From NCBI GenBank assembly GCA_040756235.1, contig JBFLZG010000123.1, forward strand, positions 12,658 to 76,657: DNA of 64,000 nt, read 5' to 3'. This document shows, piece by piece, positions 22,042 to 30,873 of this stretch (position 1 is the stretch's first letter; each line of letters opens with the position of its first letter). Origin of the DNA: a bacterium. GTDB taxonomy: Bacteria; Desulfobacterota; DSWW01. The translations under genes and the position numbers were made by a program. The notes below the pieces were generated by a model that was not told where the DNA came from, did no database searches, and was given only the letters and a program-made list of their open reading frames with translations.

Positions 22042-22943
22042 TCATCGACGCCCACGCACACATCTGGGAAGAGAAGCTAATTTCGGCCGACCTCCGCAGG
22101 ATCCTCGACTTCGTCACCGAGCGCTTCGGGCCCGACCGCCCGGCGCAGGTCAGAGACGGAGGCATCGAGCGGCTGTTGCGCGAGATGGACGAGGCGGGCA
22201 TCGAAAAGACCGTGCTGCTGGCCCTCGACGCCGGCATCGCCTTCCGCTCGCATTTGACCGCACGGGACTACAATGACTACCTGGCCGCGATCGTGCGCGA
22301 GCACCCGAGGCGCATCATCGGTTTTGCCGGAATCGATCCGCGACGGCGGCAGGAGGCGATCGTCGAGCTCGAGCGGTGCTTCGAGATGGGGCTGAGAGGG
22401 CTCAAGCTCTGGACGCTCACCGGCTTCTATCCGGACGATGAGTGTTATTACCCCCTATATGAAAAAGCCTCCGAGCTGAAGATCCCGATGTTGATCCACA
22501 CCGGCATGGGACCGCCCGGCACCTACATGAAATTCAACCGGCCCATCTACGTCGACAAGGTCGCGGTCGATTTCCCCGAAGTCCCGATCCTCATGGCCCA
22601 CATCGGCGATCCGTGGGTCGATGAAGCGATTGCCGTGCTGCTCAAGAATCCCAACGTGTACGTCGATCTGTCGGCATGGGAACCCAGCGCCAAGGTTGCG
22701 CCCTTTGTACTCTGCCAGACGCTCGCCAAGATCCGGATGGCTTGCGGGGGCCTCCACAAGGTGTTGTTCGGCAGCGACTGGCCCCTGTTCACCCCCGTTC
22801 TCTCGCTCGGTGAGTGGGTCGAGACCATCCGCTCGCTGGCCATGCCGCCGCCCCTGCAGATGATGGGCTTGCAGGACTTCACCGACAGCGAACGGCGCAT
22901 GATTCTCGGAGGCAACGCCGCCAGGGTCCTTGGCCTGGAATGA
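22038..22943 (+). CDS. amidohydrolase_2 family metal-dependent hydrolase/decarboxylase
   Basis: IIDAHAH, GLKL, IHTG, AHIG, FGSDWP; ATGA overlap with upstream gene. Confidence 0.88.
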   Translation: MIIDAHAHIWEEKLISADLRRILDFVTERFGPDRPAQVRDGGIERLLREMDEAGIEKTVLLALDAGIAFRSHLTARDYNDYLAAIVREHPRRIIGFAGIDPRRRQEAIVELERCFEMGLRGLKLWTLTGFYPDDECYYPLYEKASELKIPMLIHTGMGPPGTYMKFNRPIYVDKVAVDFPEVPILMAHIGDPWVDEAIAVLLKNPNVYVDLSAWEPSAKVAPFVLCQTLAKIRMACGGLHKVLFGSDWPLFTPVLSLGEWVETIRSLAMPPPLQMMGLQDFTDSERRMILGGNAARVLGLE

Positions 22944-22958
22944 GAAGTCACCGAGTCC

Positions 22959-24119
22959 CTAGCGCCCGTGCCCTGCCACGCGGCGATAGACCTCCAGGGT
23001 CTCTGCGGCCGTCTTTTCCCAGGAGAACGCGGCCGCCTGCCGGAGCGCCCGGCGGGAAAGCTCGTCTGCATATCCCTGGTCCGAGAGGACCGCGGCGATC
23101 GCCCCGGCCAGAGCCGCCGCGTTGTGCGGCCCCTGCTCGTCGAGCAGCAGACCGCCCTCCCCGACCACTTCCGGAATGGAAGAATTCCTGAAGGCGATGG
23201 TGGGGGTACCGCACGCCATGGCTTCCACCAGAGGCAGCCCGAAGCCCTCGTAGGAGGAGGGGAAGACAAAGACCCTGGCGGCCCTGTAGAGCCAGGCCAG
23301 GTCCTGCGGCGGGACGTAATCGGTCAGGCGGACCCGGCCCCCTATGCCGAGCTTCTCGATGAGCCCCTTCAGCTCCTCTCCGGCCTGTCCGATTTTTCCG
23401 GCGAGCACGAGCTGGAGCGGCCCCCGCCGGATGCGCGCAAGCTCGGCAAGAGACTCGAGGAGCAGATCGACCCGCTTCCTCGGGTCATGGAGCGCCAGGC
23501 CGCCCACGTACAGGATGAACTCCTCCGGCAGGCGGTAGCGGGAGCGGATCTCCTGCAGGCGTCCGGGATCCTGCAGCGGAGCGCAGGACGGGTCCGGCGC
23601 CAGGTAGATGACCGACACCCGGTCCTCCGGCACATCCAGGAGACGAAGGATGTCCTGGCGCGTGTGCCGCGAGATCGCGATGATGTGATCGGCGCGCCGC
23701 GCCAGCCGGTAAAGCATTCTGTGCTTGATCCCGGTCTTGAGATAGTGATCCGGATACACGAGCGGAATCAGGTCCTCGATCGTGAGCACCAGCGGGCAGG
23801 GATAACCGAACGAGAGGTGGTGGATGGAAAGGATGTGGAGGACATCGAGCGGCCTGCGCCGGTAGTCGATGAAGGCGAGCCCCCAGTCCAGCAACTCGCT
23901 CAGGCGGACGTAAGCGCGGGGCCGCACGAGATCCACGCACTCGTAGGGACCCCTGAACTCCTCCTCCCCCCATGGCATTCCTTTGATCTTGAAAAGGCGG
24001 AACCTCTCATGGGCCGCAGCCTGTCGCAGCAGGTGCAGGAGGAGCTGCCTGGAGTATTGTCCGATCCCCTGGAAGCGCGAGTGGATCTGCAGGGTACGGA
24101 TGTCGACGCCTACGTTCAA
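22959..24119 (-). CDS. glycosyltransferase (GT4 / GT-B)
   Basis: GIGQY, TIEDL.P, FVFPSSYEGFGLPLVEAMACGTP, FSWEKTA; TTG start. Confidence 0.9.
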   Translation of the reverse strand: MNVGVDIRTLQIHSRFQGIGQYSRQLLLHLLRQAAAHERFRLFKIKGMPWGEEEFRGPYECVDLVRPRAYVRLSELLDWGLAFIDYRRRPLDVLHILSIHHLSFGYPCPLVLTIEDLIPLVYPDHYLKTGIKHRMLYRLARRADHIIAISRHTRQDILRLLDVPEDRVSVIYLAPDPSCAPLQDPGRLQEIRSRYRLPEEFILYVGGLALHDPRKRVDLLLESLAELARIRRGPLQLVLAGKIGQAGEELKGLIEKLGIGGRVRLTDYVPPQDLAWLYRAARVFVFPSSYEGFGLPLVEAMACGTPTIAFRNSSIPEVVGEGGLLLDEQGPHNAAALAGAIAAVLSDQGYADELSRRALRQAAAFSWEKTAAETLEVYRRVAGHGR

Positions 24120-24186
24120 CGCGGACCCCGAAGCTTTGCTCCGTCAGCTTGTCTGTTTCGGCGCAAGGTCGATCCCCCGCCGAACC

Positions 24187-24465
24187 TTACAGGATCCGTT
24201 GAAGGTTGGCAAAGGCTCGGGACAAGGGCTCGGCCTCAGCAGGCCATCGAGGCATGAGGCCGGTGAGCTCGAGTGGGACATTCGGGGCGAGCCCGAGCAG
24301 GAGGGTCCCGGCAAGGCTGAGGATGAGGGCCAGGGCGTAGCCGACCCCGCGATGGAGGAGCAGCGCGCCGGCCCTTTGAAGTACATCTGAGCGGCGATCG
24401 CTACGTAGTAGTGCAAGGAAACCGTCATGTTGACGGATCGCGATCACGGCGAGCCAGGCGAGCAT
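24187..24465 (-). pseudogene. frameshifted C-terminal remnant of NADH-quinone oxidoreductase subunit N-like gene
   Basis: Joining frames across two shifts gives LAWLAVIAI/VNMTVSLHYYVAIAAQMYF.../VGYALALILSLAGTLLLGLAP, resembling the NuoN S.YYY...MY and last-TM LG..P pattern. Confidence 0.55.
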
Positions 24466-24637
24466 CGCCGTGCGCGACGACCGCTTCCTTGCCCGTACCC
24501 TCAGCAGGAACCATTCAAGACCGTTCACCATCCAACCCGGAAGGGAGGCGGTAGTAGTACCCATCGAGAGTGGCCGGGTGTTCCGACTGCAAAGCCGAAA
24601 CAACTTGGCCGATGCAAGACCGGGAGGTATTCGCAAA

Positions 24638-25045
24638 ATGCCGAAAACGACTTCCGGCGGCAAGGCGAAAGAACCTGAGCTGCCGTCGACGCTGCGGCGC
24701 TCGCCGAAGCAGGCCCAGCGCACTTTTGCGAAGGCCCACGACAGCGCCGCCGAGAGATATGGGGAAGGCGAGCGTGCGCACCGGACCGCTTACGCAGCGC
24801 TGAAGCGCACCTTTGAAAAGGTGGGTGATCATTGGGAGCGGAAGGACAAGCCGGGCCCGAGCGACCCGCGCTCGAAGAAGAGCACGGCACAGAAACGCCG
24901 CGGCGAGGGGGAGACCTTCGGAGGTGTCGATGTCGAGGGGAACACGAAACGCGAGCTCTACGAACGGGCCAAGACTCTCGGCATCCAAGGACGCTCGAAG
25001 ATGTCCAAGCATGAGCTCGCCCGTGCGATTGCGAGGAAGCAGTAG
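24638..25045 (+). CDS. ChaB family protein with C-terminal Rho-N-like domain
   Basis: ELPSTL.RSP..AQRTF.KAHDSA...YG...AH..AYAALK..FEK.GDHW; TKRELYERAK.LGI.GRSKMSK.EL. Confidence 0.88.
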   Translation: MPKTTSGGKAKEPELPSTLRRSPKQAQRTFAKAHDSAAERYGEGERAHRTAYAALKRTFEKVGDHWERKDKPGPSDPRSKKSTAQKRRGEGETFGGVDVEGNTKRELYERAKTLGIQGRSKMSKHELARAIARKQ

Positions 25046-25737
25046 CATCAACGCCGCCACCGGCCGACCGGAGACGCGGGAACGGTCCGCACCCCAGTCG
25101 TGAACAGCCGTACTAGGTGCGGCCGTGGCCCTGGGTGTTGGGCGTTCGCGCCAGCCGGCGTTCCGCAGCGCTCGGGAGGCTCCTCTGAATGGACTCTTCC
25201 GCAAGGGCCTAGCCACGTTTCTCGCCTTTCGATCCGGGGAGACTTCGACGAAGAGTCTCGATTTGTTCTACGGGTGCATCGATGCGTATGCTCCTGCCGG
25301 TCCTCAGGAGGAGCGAGCGCCTCGCCGAACCGGATGCCTCTCCCGGTCGATTGGGAAAGGAGCCGGAGACGCACCTCGCCCCGACCAAGGCTGTTTCATG
25401 CAATCTATGAGGATGGGAGACGGCGCAACGGTATGTCCGCGTCCGGAGTGCGCACCGCTCGGCCATGCGGGTCGCGACCCCATCTGCTCAAAGCAGACAT
25501 ATCGCTGAAGACATTGGAAACACCGTGCGTCGATCCGGGACATCGTATCGTCCAACCTGCGATCCCCCAAGATCATCCCCTGTAAGAGGGTGTCAGTCTT
25601 CGACAGCTCCGGTCCTTGCCTTGACCGGGCTCCACGATCATGATCTGATCTCCAGTTGGTCCCGGGAGGACGTGGAGCTCAACTGGAAAGAGCGTGCATT
25701 CGTTTCTTGGGCCACCTCCATCAGGAAAGGAGAAGTC

Positions 25738-26286
25738 ATGAGGAAAAGCATCTTCCGGATCTTTGCTCCTGCCACCGTCTGGCTGTCGGTCCTGCTCGTC
25801 CTGCCCGGGCTCTGCGCCGCGCAGGCCAAGGAGCAGGACCCCTGCACGGCCGATGCGGAGAAGTTCTGCCAGGGCGTCGAGCCCGGTCAAGGCCGCATCC
25901 TGAACTGTCTCGGCCAGCACCAGTCCGAGCTGTCTCCGGCCTGCAGGGAACGCATCACCGCCCTGCTCGCGAAAGTGCACGAAAAAGTGGGGGCCATGAA
26001 GGAGGCTTGCGGCAAGGACGTGGATCGGCTCTGCCAGGACGTTCCCCAGGGCGGAGGGCGCGTGCTCGAATGCCTGCGGGAGCACAAGAGCGAGCTCTCC
26101 CAGGAATGCGGCGCATTTCTCACTTCCCAGGCCGAGGCGAGAATCGAGGCGTGGAAGGAGACCTGCGGCAAAGATGCCGAGCAGTTCTGCAAGGACGTTG
26201 CGGAGGGCCAAGGCCGCATCCTCGAGTGTCTGGAGCAGCACAGGTCCGAAGTTTCCCAGGAGTGCCGGGAGCATCTCCCGATGTAG
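25738..26286 (+). CDS. exported cysteine-rich repeat protein (three repeats)
   Basis: Signal peptide, then 3x C..D...(F/L)C..V..G.GR.L.CL..H.SE(L/V)S..C. Confidence 0.85.
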   Translation: MRKSIFRIFAPATVWLSVLLVLPGLCAAQAKEQDPCTADAEKFCQGVEPGQGRILNCLGQHQSELSPACRERITALLAKVHEKVGAMKEACGKDVDRLCQDVPQGGGRVLECLREHKSELSQECGAFLTSQAEARIEAWKETCGKDAEQFCKDVAEGQGRILECLEQHRSEVSQECREHLPM

Positions 26287-26314
26287 AGCTCGGCAGGGCG
26301 GTACCGGGACGAAC

Positions 26315-26929
26315 GTGACGGGCGGCAGGCGATTGACCCGCGACTTCTTTGCCCGGCCCACTCTCGAAGTGGCCCGGGACTGTCTGGGCGCCCTGCTCGT
26401 CCGGGTCGAAGGAAACGATCGCGTCTCCGGGACCATCGTCGAAGTCGAAGCGTACATCGGCGAACAGGATCTGGCCTGTCATGCCAAGGCCGGCCGCACA
26501 CAGCGTACCCGGGTCCTGTACGCGCAGCCGGGGCACGCCTACGTCTACTTCACTTACGGCATGCACTGGCTTCTCAACTTCGTAACGGAAGCGGAGGGCT
26601 CTCCGGCCGCCGTGCTCATCCGTGCGGTCGAGCCGGTCACGGGGCGGCACCTCATCGCGGCCCGGCGCAAGGCTCTGCCCGAGCGGCAATGGACCAACGG
26701 GCCCGGCAAGGTGTGCCGTTCCTTTGCGATCGACGGCCGATTCAACGGAGCCGACCTGTGCGCCCCGGACGCCGCCCTGTTCGTCGAAGCAGGGATTCCC
26801 GTGCCTGACGCGGAGGTCCTGAGGAGCGCCCGCGTGGGCATGAACAACGTGCCGGAGCCTTGGAAGAGCGTGCCCTGGCGCTTCGTGAAGGCGGGAGGGT
26901 ATCGGTCTTCTGCCTTCTCCCCTCGCTGA
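26315..26929 (+). CDS. mpg: DNA-3-methyladenine glycosylase (AAG/MPG family)
   Basis: FFAR....VAR.LG, IVEVEAY, AYVYFTYGMH, AVLIRA.EP, NGPGK, RVG, PWRF; GTG start inferred. Confidence 0.9.
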   Translation: MTGGRRLTRDFFARPTLEVARDCLGALLVRVEGNDRVSGTIVEVEAYIGEQDLACHAKAGRTQRTRVLYAQPGHAYVYFTYGMHWLLNFVTEAEGSPAAVLIRAVEPVTGRHLIAARRKALPERQWTNGPGKVCRSFAIDGRFNGADLCAPDAALFVEAGIPVPDAEVLRSARVGMNNVPEPWKSVPWRFVKAGGYRSSAFSPR

Positions 26930-27011
26930 GGGGAGAAGGTCAGGATGAGGGGTGCAGTTGCGCCTGTTTCCCCCTCACCCTGTCCCTCTCCCCCGTGCAC
27001 GGGGGAGAGGG
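26913..27011. repeat. CCCTCTCCC paired palindromic repeat
   Basis: Reverse complement closely matches the 48379-48490 element; overlaps the mpg stop codon. Confidence 0.75.
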
Positions 27012-27068
27012 GAAGATTGTGGGCAAGGGGCAGCGCTAGCCCGCTCCCGCAGGACCGGGCGCCCGCGT

Positions 27069-28235
27069 TCAGCGCTGCGGTTCTGCCGCCTTGCGCTGAA
27101 ACCGCAAGACCGCGCCGATCCCGCCGGCGCCGCGCAGCAAGGCGCCCGCCTCGCCCCGCACCTGCTCGATCCTGCCTCCGGTCTCGAGCACGCGCTCTAC
27201 CATGCGCTCCAGGAGGTCTTGCACCTTGCCCAAGGCCTCGCCGCAGTAGCTGCACGACTTCGACGCACGGTCGAACAGGGCGGCGCAGTTTGCGCACTGC
27301 CAACCCGAGGCGGCGAAGCCTTCGGCATAGACGAGCCGCCAGACCCGGCCTTGCTCGAGGCACGCCAGGGTGCCGGTGAGACCCGTCACGGCGTTGCCGT
27401 TCTTGGCGGCCGCCGGGAGGAGCCCTTCCACGACCTTCATCTCCTCGGCCCGTTCCACGTGCTTCTCGATCCGGAGCACGGCATCCAGGACTTCCGCATC
27501 CCTGGCCTCGACCGACATGGGGACCGAGGCCGCCACCCGGGGGCCGAGTCCCTTGTCCAGCAGGTGCTGCAGCTCCTTCGCGGCCGTCAGGGGCCCCGCC
27601 AGCACGATCCGGTCGAAGGCGTTCTGCCCCGCCATGCGGCTCAACTGCTCGGCCGTCTCCTTCAGATGCCACCGGGCGTGCTCGCGCGCCTTGCGCTGGA
27701 TCTGCGTCTGCGAAAGGAGGTGATCGCTCCCGGGCGCCCGGATGCGGCGAACCTTTCCCGATCCGAAAGCCTGCTCGTGCTCCTCGATCTCGCCCAGGAA
27801 GACGGTGAAGAGCCGCGCCCTGGACTGATCGGCCAGGACCACTGCGTACCTTTCGTATTCGTCGATCGCTTCGACCAGAGGTCGCACGTAAGGGGTTTGC
27901 TCCCAGCGAACGCCCTCGGGCAGCTTCACCCTGAATCCCCGGGACCAGAAATATTCCTGGAAAGCGCTGCAGAAGATCACGAGGCTCGAGGCGTCCGGGG
28001 CGTACTCCGCAAGGAACTCGAGCGCCCTGCCGGCGTCCAGCCCGAACGATTTCCGCTCCCTCTCCTGCGGAAGCCCCTCCTCGAAGGAGCGGAGCATGCG
28101 GCGGGCCCTTGTTTCGAAGCCCCGGTTCAGGTTCTGCATGCTCGACTGGTCCACGTCGAGGTGCAGACTGAGAACGGGCCCACCGGCGGCGGCATGTTTT
28201 TCCACGAGCGATTGCAGGTCAAGTCTTGAAATCAT
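27069..28235 (-). CDS. bacterial aeRF1/Pelota-like protein (baeRF) with C-terminal zinc ribbon
   Basis: VLSLHLDVD, PYVRPL...DEYERY.VVL.D...ARLF, FDRIVLAGP, CANC..CSYC, GGIGAVLRF. Confidence 0.8.
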   Translation of the reverse strand: MISRLDLQSLVEKHAAAGGPVLSLHLDVDQSSMQNLNRGFETRARRMLRSFEEGLPQERERKSFGLDAGRALEFLAEYAPDASSLVIFCSAFQEYFWSRGFRVKLPEGVRWEQTPYVRPLVEAIDEYERYAVVLADQSRARLFTVFLGEIEEHEQAFGSGKVRRIRAPGSDHLLSQTQIQRKAREHARWHLKETAEQLSRMAGQNAFDRIVLAGPLTAAKELQHLLDKGLGPRVAASVPMSVEARDAEVLDAVLRIEKHVERAEEMKVVEGLLPAAAKNGNAVTGLTGTLACLEQGRVWRLVYAEGFAASGWQCANCAALFDRASKSCSYCGEALGKVQDLLERMVERVLETGGRIEQVRGEAGALLRGAGGIGAVLRFQRKAAEPQR

Positions 28236-28453
28236 GGTCTTCCTCGTCGATCTCGTCGTGTGGATCTCGCACCTCAGCGGCCCGGCAGCGCGATCATCGC
28301 AGGACCGGCCGGCCGGGCACGCCCCCGGACGGCGGGCGGGCCTGAGATCGCTTTCTTGGGACAGGCTCTACTTATTGAGATGCCGAGGCCGGGTGGGGAG
28401 ATGGATGGCGCGGGCGCGGCCAAGGCCGCCGGAGCGGTGGCAATATTGGCGGA

Positions 28454-28652
28454 CATTGCGAGGGAGCCCAAGGCGACCGAAGCAACCCGCTGAGCCAGGG
28501 AGGTTGCTTCGCTACGCTCGCAATCTCCAATTACCTTCAAGCCGCCGGGGCGGCCGCGAGCCGTCGTCCCGAGCGCAGCGAGGGGCCTCCCGAGGCACAG
28601 GGGGGATTCCCGCGCCTGCCCCGGACCTTGATACGGGGTTCGCGGGAATGAC
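28454..28652. repeat. cluster of different REP-like palindromes
   Basis: CATTGCGAGG..GAAGCAACC...GGTTGCTTCGCT.CGCTCGCAAT; GTCGTCCCGAGCGCAGCGAGGG; GGATTCCCGCG...CGCGGGAATGAC. Confidence 0.65.
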
Positions 28653-28715
28653 GCCGTATTGTGACACAGCCTCGTGCGCGGGAAGGAGGATGGGAGCCTG
28701 GATCCGGGAGAGCTT

Positions 28716-29528
28716 TCAATCCGTGTACAGGATGCCGGGAAGCACTTCCACCTTCACGCCTCGGACGCCCGGGACGTCATAGGCCGCTTTCTCCAGCTCC
28801 TTGACCATTTCCATCTCCGCGGACGCGGTGATCTTCGTCTCCAGCAGCACCATCCCGTCGCGGGCCGTCACCCGGATCTCGGGCGTCAGGTGGATGAGCG
28901 AGCACTTGACCTCGGCGGCAAGGGCAAGGTCCTCCAGGGCTCGACGGGATTCCGGGGTGGCAGCGAAATGCGGGAAGGAGACGGTGTGGGCGATGATATC
29001 GGCCGCGTCGCCCACTGTGATCTTGCGGATGTGCAGGACCATGTCGTAGAGGCTCGGGTCCGTGGTGTCGATCCCGTACAGGTGCTGGCTCCACTTCCTC
29101 CTCTGATTGTCGATCTTGGCGAGATAGCGCAGTGCCTCTTTCCTCGAGACCCGATCCCGCTCCATGACGAGCTTCACGCGGTCCTCCTGGTCCGCGATGA
29201 TGCGGACCTTGAGCACGTGCGAGACGCCCTTGACGAAAAAGTGACCGGCCAGGCCGTGGTAGACCACGTTGTCCTTGCACAGGTGCCTGAGGATCGCGGC
29301 CTGGATGTGGGCGATGTACTTTTCCTTCTCGGGTGTGAAGCGGTCCAGGAAGGAGGGCGCGGTCTGAATGGCCCTGAGGAGCTTGATCTCGGGAATGTCG
29401 TATTCCTCGGACGCCTCGCTGAGCACGTCGTCGCGCGCGATGCATTCGTATCCCAGCCGCTTGGCGACCTTCTCCGCGACCTCCTTGCCCCAGCTGTACG
29501 AGCCTCTGGATATCGTGATGATGGACAT
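28716..29528 (-). CDS. cytidylate kinase-like family protein with C-terminal BON-like domain
   Basis: IITISRGSYSWG.EVA..VA..LGY, LKVRIIA, YD.VL, C-terminal VPGV.GV.V. Confidence 0.82.
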   Translation of the reverse strand: MSIITISRGSYSWGKEVAEKVAKRLGYECIARDDVLSEASEEYDIPEIKLLRAIQTAPSFLDRFTPEKEKYIAHIQAAILRHLCKDNVVYHGLAGHFFVKGVSHVLKVRIIADQEDRVKLVMERDRVSRKEALRYLAKIDNQRRKWSQHLYGIDTTDPSLYDMVLHIRKITVGDAADIIAHTVSFPHFAATPESRRALEDLALAAEVKCSLIHLTPEIRVTARDGMVLLETKITASAEMEMVKELEKAAYDVPGVRGVKVEVLPGILYTD

Positions 29529-29640
29529 GGCATCCCCCTTCGGTCGGTGTCGTTCTTCCCCAGTTGCATTCAGACGGCGCAGCCCGGCAGCGTAGCGACA
29601 TCGCGCACGCCCCCCGCGCCTTGCGCCGCATGCCCGAATC

Positions 29641-30411
29641 TTACCAGCATGCCGGGCCCTTTTTCGAGCCGTCGCGCTCCTGTTCGGAACCCTGCTCGGA
29701 CAGCAGAGTACCGATTGCCTCCAGTGCGGCTTTCTCGAGCGCTATCCCGAAAACCTCCTCGAAACAGGTCCTGGCGCGGGACCGGGCATCGGCCATCGGG
29801 ATCTCCTGGCGGGCCTCGTCTTCGAGGGCCGTCATCCCCACGTTCCGCAGCCCGCAGGGATGAATCCACGAAAACGGCTCGAGGAGCGTGCTCTTCACGT
29901 TCAGTGCCAGGCCATGGAAGGCGATGCCGTAGCGGACGGCGATGCCGACGCTCCCGAGCTTCCTCGGGCCGACCCAGACGCCCCGGTTCACCTCACTGCG
30001 GGACGCCGTTACCCCGAAGCCGGCTGCGGTCCGCATCATCACTTCCTCGAGCTTCTCCACGTACTCGAGCACGCCAAGGCCGGCCGAAGCCAGATGGATG
30101 ACCGGATAGGCCACGAGCTGTCCCGGCCCGTGGAAGGTGATGTTCCCGCCTCGCTCGATGTGGATGACCGGGATCCCATGCGTCTCCAGCGCTTCCTCCG
30201 ACACCCTCAGGTTCTCGCGCCCCCCGCGCCGGCCGAGCGTGAAGACGGCCGGGTGCTCCAGGAACAGCACGACCTGGGCGTCCATCCGCCCCGTCCTGTG
30301 CGCCTCGACGAGCCGGTGCTGGAGGTCCCAGGCGCGGTCGTACTCCATCAAAGGGATGTCGATCCAGAGCCAGCGTCTTGCCCCGGCAGTGCCCGTTGTT
30401 CGTCGCTCCAT
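29641..30411 (-). CDS. lipB: lipoyl(octanoyl) transferase
   Basis: LEHPAVFTLGR, RGG.ITFHGPGQLVAYP, KLGSVG, HGLALNV, IHPCG. Confidence 0.93.
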   Translation of the reverse strand: MERRTTGTAGARRWLWIDIPLMEYDRAWDLQHRLVEAHRTGRMDAQVVLFLEHPAVFTLGRRGGRENLRVSEEALETHGIPVIHIERGGNITFHGPGQLVAYPVIHLASAGLGVLEYVEKLEEVMMRTAAGFGVTASRSEVNRGVWVGPRKLGSVGIAVRYGIAFHGLALNVKSTLLEPFSWIHPCGLRNVGMTALEDEARQEIPMADARSRARTCFEEVFGIALEKAALEAIGTLLSEQGSEQERDGSKKGPACW

Positions 30412-30539
30412 GGGGCGGTCCTTTCATACCGTGACGCCGGTCAGGCAGGCAGGGCCGTGCGGACTCGGTCGTGCAGGCTCCACTATATACGCGCCCGAAA
30501 TCGATTCACAGGGAGAGCGTGCACGCGCCTCCGGGACCT

Positions 30540-30568
30540 GTAGGGGCAGGCCTGCAACCTGCCCCTAC
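30540..30568. repeat. GTAG-type REP-like palindrome
   Basis: GTAGGGGCAGG-CCTGCAA-CCTGCCCCTAC. Confidence 0.7.
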
Positions 30569-30873
30569 CCTGGGGGCTTTGCAGGGGCGCGCTGCCCGCT
30601 GCACCCGTCCCGGCCGAAAGCACGTCATAAGACCTAAAGTAAATAGTCATTGATTCATCATAAGTGTCGCTGAACACAGCGTATATTGTGCAATGACCAA
30701 CTCAGCAGGCAGGGCTTGCTCGCAGCGACGTCTGCGCCGAAATCCGAATCGTTTCACCGGGAATCCAAGAAAGACGAGATCCGGATCGGGGGTCTTGATT
30801 CACATCCTGCAGCGGGAATCGGGACCCGTCAGGGTGGCGGAAGCTCCCCCGGCCCGGCGCAGGAGGCTCTCAC

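Noticed and set aside
25046..25737. Several overlapping short ORFs
   Set aside because: No motif, RBS or codon bias supports any; treated as degenerate intergenic DNA.
30641..30660. IHF-like sites (also near 6925-6940)
   Set aside because: Each mismatches the WATCAANNNNTTR consensus; no supporting integrase or sigma54 context.
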